This document shows positions 25,085-37,898 of a stretch of DNA of 64,000 nucleotides, in pieces. The translations under genes and the position numbers were made by a program. Numbering within the stretch: the stretch's first letter is position 1; each line of letters begins with the position of its first letter. Under the pieces are notes generated by a model. It worked only from the letters and a program-made list of their open reading frames with translations. It did not search any database and was not told where the DNA came from. This DNA comes from Sphyrna mokarran (taxonomy: Eukaryota), in assembly GCA_024679065.1 (NCBI GenBank), contig JAGIQG010000020.1, positions 38,192,001-38,256,000 on the forward strand. The letters run 5' to 3'.

Positions 25085-27559
25085 GTTAAGTACCTTCTCA
25101 GTTGGTCTGTGCGTAGGAGGAGACGGTGACCATCTGCAGTGCCTGTTGCTGCCTCTTTCCCACCATTTTTAACCTATTTCCTTTCTTTCAAGTCTGCATG
25201 AGTAGTCACTTACACTAAAGTTTCTTTCACCTACTGCATATTCCTGATTACTCTCCTCTGCCTTTCAATTTTTATTTTCCAGTTTATTAACCCTGCTTGC
25301 TCCCAAACCACAGGTTGCAATGCACACCTAGCTTAACCAGCCTTTCAGCCATCAAAGCTTGACCCTTTGCTACAGCACAGGTGTTAGATCTCCATTCAAG
25401 AGACACCATCATGCTACCCTGATGATTAGTGGTTGAATTCACTACACTGTGTTTTATTGAGCATATAGAGCAGACATGTCATGGGTTCAATTTCTGGTTC
25501 CTTGTTCAATTAATTTAAGCACGAGTACAACTGACTTCCAACTGGGGTAGGAAATGGATCTAAAGAGCCTGAAATCCTGTTTATTAACTAGAAATATATA
25601 CTTTTAAGGGGATGACTGGATTTTAGCTCAGCTGTGATGCAGGCAAATCACCTGCAAACATTCTGCCTGAGCTCATATGTGAAGAATGGCCACTTGGGCA
25701 AGGTACTGAAGCGCTACTTGTGCCCATGGAGCCATACACCAACACATTCAAGAAGGGATGTGAGAAACTTGAATAGGGAACTTTCAATATAATTATAGTG
25801 GCTATAATTTTTTTCTTCCCAATTTTCTCCCCTCCTCGCTCCTGCAGGCACTGATTCCTTGATGACGTATGATTCCATGAGCACTGGTCGCTTTTTAGTA
25901 CCTCATATGACCATTTTACATGTGTAAGCCTTGAAGTTGAACATTGGCAAGCATCGCAGCCAAAACAATCCTGTCATTACCCAAAGTCCACACTTCAAAC
26001 ATGGATCGCTGGATATTGATCAGAAGCAAGAACCTTAGCTGGTACCAAATCCAGACCCTGAGGACATTTATAGCACCCAAACTCCATGCTGGCTGAGATC
26101 AGCTAAATCATAGTTCAGGGTTAGAATGGGCATGATCTGAATTTATATGCTTCTCCATGTACTGGATTAACACACACAGCCATCAGAGAAGCTCGGCTGT
26201 AATGGTTTACTCTTGCAACGAGCAATCCAAGGGGAAAATAACATTGAGTTTTTTATATAAAATATTCTAATTCAACTATTGATGGTTGGGTTTGGAAGGA
26301 TAATGTGTATTTATAAAAAATAAAGGATATGTTCTTGGTGGCATATGTGTGACATTCTAAAATTAACAATTAAAACATATTGTCTTAAATTAATACAGGA
26401 TATAGATTTTCAGTGTTCAACATTCATTTTCTACCCCCGTAAACTAACTTAGAAATCTGATATGCTTTTTCACTGGTTAAAATTAAAACAAAAAGTTCCA
26501 TTTTCTATTGCAATGCCACATAGTATACGTATAAAAGCGAATTGGGATCTTCATGCAACTTGGTTGCTGTACCATGAGGTGAAAGCTTTCAGAAGAAGAT
26601 TGCGGTTGATGTCAAAGCTTGCTCCATTTCTAATTATGCTTCCATAACTAAGGAATTTTTGGACTTCAGTAATGCTTTGAATGAACTGTGACTGGCTACT
26701 GGTTGAACAGAAAGAGTCTTTAAAATAGTGCCAATTATTTATCTACCAAAGATTTCATAGCCCAGGAGCCTAGTAATGGTAATTGTGGTATCTTAAGGTG
26801 GAGTGTGGGGGGGGTGACCACTTGCAGTGTTAGGCTTTTGCCACTTTTCATTCCAATATGGAAAAAGTCTTGTAGTAATTGAATTGCCATTGGCTACTGA
26901 TATCTACAATAATTTCCAAGCAGATCCTGGATGAGCTATTTTTTAAAAATTTAATCCATCTAGACAATCGTTCTTGGGTGTCTTATTTCTGTAAAGATGG
27001 TACCAGCCACAGTGTCATTAGCATCCTGTGTTGAGCATGGTCTGATTAATCTCATATTGTAGCATGTATTCATTCTTAAGTCTACTGTTTTGAAACTAAA
27101 ATAAACTTTCTCCTTCCAAAGTCAGATTGTCCATTTTTTAAGAATTAATTTTTTGAATGGAAAGTTGATTCATGTTGAATGTTTTTCTCTGTCATGCTCT
27201 GGAATAGTGTGTTAATTAAGAACTGCTAATATTGTGGAATTTCTTAACTGAGTTTCAAATAAAATTTTGCAATATGAGAGCTGAAGAGAAACATGAATAC
27301 ACTAAGCACCTGGCAATCAGCTACATAAATATCTTAGTTTAACTTTATCTTCAAAAAATTTGCTTAAAGATTATTTGAATTCAACTAGAATGAAAATATT
27401 ACTTGTATTTATAAAACAGCTGATTAAAATTACATCTGTCATAATTAAGTGGGTCTTAATCTTAACTAATTATGCAAATATGAAATGAGGTTAAAATATG
27501 AGGCATGACATGGTTCTTAAAATTGACTTTCTCACTAGGACGATGTAACCTCCAAGTTG

Positions 27560-27905
27560 GACATTTTTTTAACCTCATCCATCCACTCCCCTCCCTTATC
27601 TTTAGAACCTCCTCAGTCCTATGTGATTTCTATGCTCCTCTAGTTTGAGCTCATGAGCATCTCAAATTTTAATTGTTTTACCATTGGCAGCTGGGTCTTC
27701 AAAGGCATGAAGGCCCTAACTTCTGGAGTTTCCTCTCTATACATCTCTACCTCCTTTTCTTCCATTAAAAAGTTTCATAAAATCAACATCTGCCCTAATA
27801 CCTCTTAATGGGGCTAAGTATCAAATTTTATTTTGTTAACACTCTTCTAAAAGCCCCTTAGGATGTCTTACTATGTTAGTATTAATGTATACATGTAAAT
27901 TGATG
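27560..27905 (+). mobile_element. Degenerate L2 LINE 3' end
   Basis: ccattggcagctgggtcttc...ggatgtcttactatgtta; related minus-strand copy at about 44110-44440. Confidence 0.5.
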
Positions 27906-28496
27906 TAAGGCTGCATTTTTGGCCTTCATTGGCTCAGGTTCATAAGAACTTGCTATTACTTGGATTCTTTATGCTCTGTGACTAATATATAACCTTTATC
28001 AGGATTTTTTTCTGTTAAGAAATATACTAATGTTTATAAAACATTTTCTTGACAATATGGTGTACACAATAGATCCTTGGAGTATAAGCAAAATCATGGT
28101 AGGAAGTAAACACTCCCTTTTTTTTTAACCACACTACTTACCTTCTTTTTCTTCCTCCCTCCTCCCTCTCTATTCGTCCCCCCAGCCCCCATTAAAATAT
28201 GTTTGAATTGCAGCCACGGCAAAACTTGATTCAGAAGACTTGCAAATTATTTTGTTTCAAATTTGTAATTTGGGAATGGGAAATGGAAATCATTCTTATT
28301 TTAAAGAATAAATGCATTGCTTTAATGTTGCTTAGTTATTAACCGTCTATTTTTTGTTACTGACTTCAAGCATTTTGCTCTTTTTTAGTTTCTGTCTGAA
28401 TCAAGATTGTACATCACCTGATAGTTCTCAATCTGTATGAACACTTGAGGAGTTACTATGCTTTTTGTATCTTGGGATTTGTTTTAACTTCTTTAG

Positions 28497-28579
28497 GCAT
28501 CAAAGCTTGAGAAACAGAACAGCATGCCGGACAGTGACTACGATAATGCAGCGAATGACTTGGAGCCAGATGAGGCTGG
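28497..28579 (+). CDS. GIT2: GIT2 coding exon, ASKLEKQNSMPDSDYDNAANDLEPDEAG
   Basis: ctttag|GCA TCA AAG...GCT GG|gtatgg; 83 nt. Confidence 0.95.
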
Positions 28580-30084
28580 GTATGGATTAAGTATAGCGCG
28601 ATAAAACATAGAGATGGTCCGCATGATTATCTATGTAGGTTTCAAGTAATATCCAAACTCCGTCTGTCACTGCTTTGAAATTCACCTCTGAATAACCTTT
28701 TTTAGTTTATTGGAAATGCTAATTGAATTAAAGAATAACTTCTTTGGATGCATTTCAGGTCAAGGTAATGAATGCATTTATGTAGTTCCCATATGAATCT
28801 CACTGCAATGATATGAAATTTCTCCTTTTAGTCTAGTAGGAAATTCCATTGAACCACTAATAGCATTTGCCACAAGATCTTGGCTTGATATCCATTTTAA
28901 TAATTTTTAAAATTTGAATACATTCAGAATGTATCATTCCAAAAGGTGACACAATGTTAAAATGGGGAAAAAAGATAGTGACTTAAGCTACTAATTATCA
29001 AAAGTGGATACATGTTTTTGATCTTGTGTTGTCTAGGTTTTGCTGTTTTTCCATTTATGTATTTTTAACCCTTGTGACTGTAGTGTGGTATGTTGTATCA
29101 GTGCCAAGGGCTATCAGTTTGCATGTATTTATCAGCTAATTATAGGTTGTGATCATAATAGTTAGAAACATGGTTGTATTGCCTGGAAATTGGGAGAGAA
29201 TCTCTAGTATCCCACGATTACTGTTCGTGCATGCCTCTTAAAAATTAAAGCAGTATTGTTTGAAATCTAGGAGGTCACCATGCCTTCCAGATTAGGAAAG
29301 AACAGAGTATAAAACAGTATAAAATCCATCCTCTGCTTTTATGCGGAAAGAATAAACATCTGGATATATTTACTCTCAGTAATGATTAATCAATATTTTT
29401 GGTGAAGCTATTTCCTTAATTATGGTGGTTAAATATTATAGTGGATTGATTTGATTTTTCATTGCTAGAATGTTTTTTAAAAAAATAATTTTATGGAAAG
29501 ATACCAAAAGAAAATCGTTTATGCAGCTGATAGAAGACAAGTAAAGCTCATTTTTAAAAAATGAAAAAGATTATTGGTACTTAACAATGATCTTAAGCCT
29601 GGATATGCTTTTCAAAAAGCTGTCGCTTCCTATTTGGCACAGCTGTTATCTTCAGAAGTGGCCTGGAATATAAATGACCAAATCTATATGCCCCTAGAAC
29701 AGGAAACACCCTCTCAGAATGTGTGTTTTTGCAACCTTTGATTGAGACAAGACAGCATTGCTGGCAAGGGTAGCGATTTAATACGAGAGGCCAGTATGGA
29801 CATCTAAGAGAAGTTTAGAACCAGTAAGGAAAGTCGTAATATTAAACATATTTGACATTATCAGAACAGGATCATACTATTCATAATATAGATGGAATAC
29901 TACTCTTTTTCTGAAACAAAGAAATATTCTCTTGCCCAACAATTTGCCATCATTAGTGAAATCAAGAGTATTGTAAATAATTTGTATGTTAAAAGATCGG
30001 TATATTTGAGTTCCTACCTGTTAGAGGAGTGTTAGCCTTAATTAAAATAAATTACTTGTTTTGTTTCTTCTTGCCTAATGTAAG

Positions 30085-30273
30085 CTCTTGCCGAAAGGGT
30101 AAGCCAAAAAGCGTAGGACGGCATGAAGAAAACCCTCTGCTGGAGTTGGATAATCCAGATACAGAATCAGATTCCACGCTCCCAAGCACAGAGGATGTAA
30201 TTCGGAAAACAGAACAAATCACCAAAAATATTCAGGAGCTGCTGCGAGCTGCACAGGAAAACAAGCATGACAG
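30085..30273 (+). CDS. GIT2: GIT2 coding exon, SCRKGKPK...LPSTEDVIRKTEQITKNIQELLRAAQENKHD (start of paxillin-binding/FAT-like domain)
   Basis: gtaag|C TCT TGC...GAC AG|gtaaac; 189 nt, phase 2-2; AAG acceptor. Confidence 0.93.
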
Positions 30274-30329
30274 GTAAACTAATTTATTTTGTATTGGTAT
30301 GGATTTTGAAAGCACAAGTAGCATGTGAG

Positions 30330-30830
30330 GTTAACCAGATATAGAGCTGAATATCGCAAATGTACATGTGGATGCTGATGCCATATCTACAGATGATGTT
30401 GATGAAAAAGCAGAGAGGGGTCAACCATGTACTTAGGAACACTGGATGTAATGGTACGAGAGTGGGAAGAGCCTTACTCGAGGTACTGTGGCTGCAATCA
30501 AATAGGTAAGCTCTTGTCAATTGTGGAATCAAATGAGAGAAAGTTCACTGTACTGGACTGTAGAAATGTTGGAGGATGATGTCTGTAGTCAACTATATCA
30601 AAGGCTGCTAAGGGATCAAGGAGGGAAAATGCACCAGAGCCAAAGAGGATGTTATCTGAGAATTTACTAGGGTCCATTTGGATCCTACGTCAAGTGGAAA
30701 CTTAATGCAGAGATTCAAATGGAGATGCAGAAAAGATGAGCAATGATTTCAGAAGCAACAATGCATTCAAGAACATTGGAGAGGAAAGAGAGGTTGGATC
30801 CAGGGCAACAAGCCAAGAGGAGTCAAGTGC
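30330..30830 (-). mobile_element. Degenerate L2-like RT fragment
   Basis: Minus ORF IICRYGISIHMYICDIQLYI resembles the RT motif IIRxHGVSFHMYADDTQLYL. Confidence 0.55.
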
Positions 30831-31587
30831 ATGTTTTTTGAAAAGGTAGGGGGGGAGGAGTTGATGATGACAGTAATGGCTAACAGCAACAGAAAGGCAA
30901 TTTTCATCTCATCAGTCTGGACTGGATTTGAATCTGGATCCCAGAGTGAAAGACATGTCTGTTCCTCTGTGCTATCCTGTTCTTTGATTTTTTTTCTCTC
31001 TCTGAGAGTATGATAAGTCTATAACCAAACATTGTGTTAATGTAATGGCACAAGGTTATGTTGCCTATTCCTTTAGGAAGTGGCTGTAGTCTAAGCATCT
31101 CCTATATGCCTTTGATTATATATATTATATATATATATATTTATGCATAGAGATCAGTGTGAACGCATCTAAGTTTCAGTTGTGTGATCCCATTGTCATG
31201 TGGTTTATGATTTGACAGCTTTCCAAACTGTACAAAGGGGTATTAAGTTATTTTTGCAATTTAGTATTATTAAGGAGGTATTGTTGTTGTCATCATCATA
31301 TCTCCTTTAATCATCCAGTTCAGTGCACAATGTGTTTTATGAATTTCTTTCCTTTTTGTTTTTTCCTAATTTTTTTCCTCCTCCGTTGCTAGAGGTGCTG
31401 ATTAGTGTTAATGAGCACACCAGTACTCCACTGATTAGCCTGAATGAACATTATTTTGTGCATTGTTTTTCTTTTCAAACTTTGTGGTGTCCTGGGCTTT
31501 AGACTGTAAATGTTCACTTAGGTCTTTCAGTATTAATTTTAGCAAAATCTTTACATGAATCCAGACACCATTTTGTTTGTGGAATGT

Positions 31588-32130
31588 CAAAGAACAACAA
31601 AGAACAAAACAGCACGGGAAACAGGCCCTTCTGCCCAACGAGCCCGCGCCGCCACTCCGATGTTCCCACCTCTACCCGCAATCCCTGTCCATGTTTATAG
31701 ATCTATGGATTAAAAACCAAATTTGAGACAATTTAGGGAGAATTTGTTTTGCCAAATAGCCTAAGAGCACATCTTTGGGATGTGGGAGGAAACCGGAGCT
31801 CCCGGAGAAAACCCACGCAAGCACGGGGAGAATGCGCAAACTCCCACAGACACAGGCCCAAATCCATGTATCTGCACAGCACAGCGATAGTCACTGAGCT
31901 GTCGTGTTGCCCATCAAATGGTCCAGGTCAAGCGTACACTAACGACGTGAAGCACTAGGATACTCTCAAAAAATCCAAGAGCAGCCCTCTCACGACCCAT
32001 CGCGTGTATGCCCCTCGTTAGACAACAAGGTGGACCAAAGCACCTGTAGGATAAAAACAAGTACATCAATATCATCATCTATTTACACAATTCCCAGGGA
32101 CTCCCAAGGCTCATGATCCCTATTTTAAAT
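31588..32130 (-). mobile_element. 5'-truncated copy of the CR1/V-SINE chimeric 3' UTR
   Basis: Reverse complement nearly identical to 2992-3518 and 52905-53448; retains more CpGs than the other copies. Confidence 0.92.
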
Positions 32131-33202
32131 TGTGATAACAGTGCCATCACAGCTGAGCCTGATGCTGGTACCTGCATTTGCAAATATAGTACAGGTGGGT
32201 GGGTACCAGTTTACTTCTCATTTCTTTCCATCCTGAATTGTGCTTCCACAGATCTTTTCTATTGCCACACCCAACTAACCATTATTCATATATCAATTGC
32301 AAAGGTGCAAGCCAGATGCTATCCATAGGCCCACATACCCTAGCAGAGATCACTAGATACACTTCAGAAAGGAGGATTTCCTTTCCCTTAGGGTTGAACC
32401 TGGGACCTTATGAACGTTCATTCATCTGGTCGTCAGATAATCCTGCTGAGCCATTAGGAACTTTTTTTTTCTCTTTATGTCCCAAGAATGCAGAGGTTAA
32501 CTATAAGTATTCCCACAGCACACCCTAGTTAAGATTAATGTCACCAGGGTTCAAATCAGGATTGTCCTGGTCTCTGTGGCTTATTTTCATACCTTGCAGG
32601 CTATATATGCCATCATAAAATATTAAGTCTTCATGATACCAGAGAGTACTGACTTGGGAGGACTTGCTGATCCCTAAGCCTCAGGAAACTAAATTAATAT
32701 TGGTACTGGAACAAATGATTGGTATTTTTGGCACAGAGTGCAGCGCCTCTGTATTTGATGTCTGTCCTTTTTCTGTAGATTTTGTTCTGTCCCATAAAGT
32801 TTACAGATTTTTTTTGTCATCAATCAAGTTAATGTATTAACATGCAGGCACAGGTGTTTTGATCCATCACACTGTCTTTTTAATTTATTTCGGAAGCAAA
32901 CATTCACCATTCTCATCTATTGTTGATGCTGTTTAAGAAATATGTCAACAAAATGAAAAAAAATTCAAGGAAGTGGGTTTGAATCTACTATTAAGTTTGC
33001 AATATGTATATGGATATATTGGAATTGTCAGAGTTGTGTGCAGTCTGCTACTGATTATAGTCCACACTGTTTCCATTTGAAGTCTTTCATTTCAGTTTCA
33101 TTCCACTTGTAGTTTGATTTCATTTGTGCAATCACTTCTTTCTTTTTCTCTCCCTTTCTCTTCCCTATCTGCTTCCGATCCTTATTTCTCCCTCCATTCC
33201 AG

Positions 33203-33334
33203 CAGACAGATTGAACGGGAGAGCCTGCGCAAATTCAGGCACAGCCTCGGCTGTTTCAGTACATTGGTTCTGCGGGCCGACAAAACTTCCCTTCAGCCTC
33301 TGACCCTGCAGCAGCAGCCTGACCCTGCCACCTG
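33203..33334 (+). CDS. GIT2: Putative alternative GIT2 cassette exon, (S)RQIERESLRKFRHSLGCFSTLVLRADKTSLQPLTLQQQPDPAT(C)
   Basis: Long pyrimidine tract and ccag|cag acceptor; 132 nt, phase 2-2, open in the GIT2 frame; TG|gtactc donor; CpG-rich coding-like composition in an AT-rich intron. Confidence 0.72.
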
Positions 33335-36169
33335 GTACTCTGACCTCTGTCTCTGCCTCCCAGGCACTCCATCTTTTCTCTTCTTCCCTGCATGATTGTC
33401 ATTGCGGTTCGTTAACAGAAGTAATGAGTCTAGTGGAAAGAAAATTAAATACAGTGGCCACTACAGAAATGATGCCCACAAACTTAACAATGGCCAGAAA
33501 CAACAAAATAATTGATTTGTATTGCATTTTCACATTGAGATGAGTATACACTAAAATGTAATTGTCCTGTGCATTACAATGGATGAAAATGTAGCCTCTT
33601 CGGCTTTAGCTTTCCACTGGTTCAGTTCATAAGTGCAAAACATAATATGTAACAAGCCATACAACAAGAAAATTCCAGAGCTAGGCCTGTGCTGACTTGT
33701 TAAATTGACTCTGAAAAATTGGTTATTATGGCTCTGAGCAAGCAAAAAACAAAATGAGCCATGATTTTGACCTTTGATTACATCTTGTGGCTTCTGCTAG
33801 AAAATTGTCAATATTTGAATGTCAGGTGAGGACAGATTAGGATTTAGTTCTGATATCCTTGAGCATTGATGTCCATTGTTGAAGTTAAAATGGACTGTTG
33901 TGTGAAGTGACAGATTTTGGAGCCGCATCCTCTTCAGAAGAGGTATTATTTTACTTGAATACCTTTGGATGTTGATCAAAGTGATTTGTTTCCAACATTG
34001 ATCATGTGTTGTCATGGAATGTGCCTTCAATGAGTTGGTATTGCTTGTACACCAGAGATACATGTGGCCAATTCTCCAAAATCAAAAAGGAGATGCCAAA
34101 ATGGACATAGATTATTTTGTTATGGGAGTAGCTTCTGAAAATCATATTATAGTCTTGTGATTTCCAAGAAACTAGATCTGCCACTTTTAATTTGAAAGTG
34201 TGCATCTCCCTTAGTGGGTAAATAGATTATCTAGTGTGGCATTGAACCATACAGAATTGGAAGATCCCAGGTTGGATCCCTGTCTGTGTTATGTTATCTC
34301 ATCTCAACCATTACAATGTGAAGAGTGTCTTAACTAATCTTTAGACCACTGAGTTAGGGAAAGGAAGCAATGTCAACCCAAGTTTCAATGTTCTTGCTGG
34401 ATACTTCACTTGTGGATGTTAGAGAAGAAAAGGATCAACGTTCCTATGTCAAATAGTTTTCTATATTTATTCATGTTTGCACATGAAGAATAGCTATATG
34501 GGTGAAGTGTTGCAGAGCTGATAGAACCCCACAACTTGATTTCATGTTTTGTTTTGGGTGGGGAAAGGAATAAAATCTCCATGTAAAATAATGCATGTTT
34601 TAATGGTTAGATCTATTTCAATAAACTTTACAGTTTGTGTAACTCTTGTGAATCGTAAATGCCCGTCCTAACATTTTCTAAATGTTGGCATCCTGAATAA
34701 TTACCAGCACTACTAAGAACATTAGCGCTTTTGGATTGGCCATTTAGTGCACTGCTTTATATTCATATATATCCTGTGCTGGTAACATTTTTTAATTTAA
34801 AAACCAATCAACTGTTTAGCTGCTAATGATCATTGTGATTAGTTTTGTCTCTTGAGAGAGATGCCAAATAGAATCTAATAGCATGACGCATAGAGTGAGA
34901 ACTGATTGACCCCAATATGGCCTTTACCAAGTCAAATTCCTGTTGCTGAATGGAACATGTATGGAAGTCTTCTGTTGCCCATTCTGTTCTTTCTCTCTCT
35001 CGCATGAGTTGAGGTTACAGATTAGGCTTAGATGAACAAGGTAATGATATCAGAAATCAATACAAAACAGTTCACAACAGATCAGAATCAGTACATCTCA
35101 TTTTCTTTGACACTCTTGTTAAACAAACTTCAACCCTTTATCATTCCTCTGTAGGTTCACCAAATGCACTTGCATTACATATAGCACTTGTAAAGTTGAG
35201 ATATAGGTTTTTCATTTATTTTCTTTGCTATTGATGATGTATTCTCCTGCACCAGTTGTTTTAGACAAGTGTAACAGTTAGCTCCCCTCTCTCCCTGGCC
35301 TGTGCAGCATTCTCTTTTATAAAGATAAATACAAAGTACTTGTTAAAATCTCTGCTTTTTCTCCAGCCTCCAAGTGCATGACTCCTTTTTTTTATCCCTA
35401 ATCAGCCCTACTATTTCATCGCCGTATTATTTGTATTCTTACACAGATCTTGGCTTCTTAGCTGCCAGCCTCTTTCCATGCTCCTGTCTTGCTTTTCTTA
35501 TCAGTTTTTCATTTATCCTCTGGCCCTTCTATATTCAGCCTGATTTTACATTGTATTTTCTACCTGGTATCTGTCATATGCACACTTCTCCCTTTTCATC
35601 TTCATCTCTACCACTCTTGTAATCCAGGTTGCTCTAGGTTTATTTGTCCCATCTTTCCCATTCAACATTGCCTGCAATGTTAACTTTTTAAAGTGGCCCA
35701 GTTTCAGTCATTGTTTTTTTCTGCTAACTCTGCATGTATACCTATATACCTGGGGACTGCACCAGTTCAAGAAGGCAGCTCACCACCACCTCCTTGAAGG
35801 CAACTTGGAATGGGCAACAGCAAGCTGAAAAACAGCGATGCCTGCATTTTGTAAATGAATTTTAAAAATTTCTCTCCTCCAGAAATACCATCTTTCATCA
35901 ATATTGCCACACTGTCCCCTTTTTTCTTTTTTTGTTTCTCGTAAACACCTTGTATCTAGGAATATTTAGTGCCAAGTCCTGACCTTCTTTGAACTAGGCC
36001 TCCTTTATTACAATAACATAATTGTTCCATTTGCCAACCTGTGCCTATCATTCACCAATCTTATTAAATCACATTCCCAGTATTTACATATGTTATCATT
36101 CAGGTCAAAAACTCAAGTGTTTTATGGAGCCCAACTGGATCATAAGTTCTGCAACTTGAATTTGGTTAG

Positions 36170-36892
36170 GATATGTTTCATTTCAGATATGATTCAAATG
36201 ATCCACTAAGGAGTTTTTAATCAAAGTTTATTTAAGAATATAGTTATGTATAATAAGAATATTAATAATAATTTCATCAATTACAAACAACACAAAACAA
36301 CCATGATAATGTATAATTCTCAACAAATATATCTAAAATGTTCCAAACAAAACCTTTAAAGAGATTCAACACTGCAAATTCTAATGCTCACGTGATACTG
36401 GAATTGAGTTTTTTTGTTAGAGAATTGAAAACTCTGTCTTGTAAGTTCAAGTAGTCTCGGTTTGAAGTCAGAATAGTTTCCCAGAGCCCCAGGTAAACGC
36501 TGATCAAGCCACCAAAGGCAGATTTTCTACTCCAGAAAGGCTTTCAGTTAATCTGCAGAATTTACAAAAGTAGGGGGAGAGAGACTTCTTTTCAGCTTGC
36601 TGTGCCGTCTGAAACTAACCCAAACCTACAGTTCCAAACTGAAAAAGAAAAAAGACTTCTACCACGTGACCTGCCAACCAGTTTTTCTCCTAACAATGCA
36701 GAGTCATAAATATCCCAGTAAAAATAAATAACCCCCCATTTAAGCAGCAGTAAAAGGTCATCTCCAGCCAACAACATAATGAAAAAACTGCTGAAGCCAA
36801 AAAGGCCTGCTTGCAACTGCAGAAAACTCTTATAAGTACATTAATTTCACACATGCACATTAATCCTGATTTATGCATTTTTATGCCCTGTC
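36170..36892. repeat. Possible solo-LTR-like interspersed repeat
   Basis: Compositionally distinct block with approximate TG...CA ends; no TSD confirmed. Confidence 0.25.
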
Positions 36893-37834
36893 ATTGGGAT
36901 AATATGCATATATTGCACTTCTAACATTTTTTTGTGAGATTTTTAACTGAGTTAAATTTTAACATTGCATAGGTGTAAATTAACCATAAGAAAGTTGATT
37001 TCATAAGGGATCTTAGTTGGAAGAAAGATAGGAGGTGTAATCAAGCATTTTTATTTTGGAATGTGGTTTGGTGAGATCGGGTAGCTTGAATAACTGGCTA
37101 TTCTTAATGTGAGTCTGGGATACCAACATTGGCAAGTGAAAGGCATCGCAACCATGCCTAATTCTCATCCAGTAGCAGAGTGGACAGAATCTGGAATCCT
37201 CACCAAGGAACACAGATTAGTTATAATGCCTCAGTTATTGCCCTGACTGAGATCAACCAATGCTATCCAAGTCTTGAATGTTAGTACCCAATTGATGACA
37301 CAGTGGAAGCCACCAAGCTTTTGAAGAATCTCATACCATTGTTTAAAAATATGTGGACGTTCATTCTATTTAGAAAAGCATCAAACCCAAACTTTGTGTC
37401 TTTGATGTATCATGGATCTTATCCACAGGTTTAAATTAATGTTCCCTTAATTTAAGCTATATGTACCAACAATGTTCTTGCCCTAATGTTTAACTGCCAG
37501 TGAGGCAATGGTATTAAGAACAGCTACTTCCAGAACAAAAGTACAAAATTCAGTCAATACAAACCAATTATTAAGAAATTTAAGCACAAGTAAACCTGTG
37601 TAAGGTGGGCTTTGTGGGTCTGATTGTCAGCGCTTGAGGGCCAGATTGGACACCGTGCCATAGAAAATTATTGGCATTGCATGTCCCATCTCAATCCTGG
37701 ATTAATTTGTTAAATGGCCATACTATTAGTGTAGACTTGATGAATATTGCTTTAATTCTAGAAGCCCAGCAGTATATTAATTAAGTGATTAATGGTTTTT
37801 CTTTTCTCCTGTGCCCCCCTGCTTCGCCCATTAG

Positions 37835-37898
37835 CTTTATGCCCTGCTCGGAAAGGATACATGTTGCTGTAGCTGAGATGGCAGCTCTTTTTCCAAAG
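37835..37898 (+). CDS. GIT2: GIT2 coding exon, FMPCSERIHVAVAEMAALFPK
   Basis: cattag|C TTT ATG...CCA AAG|gtgagt; 64 nt. Confidence 0.96.
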
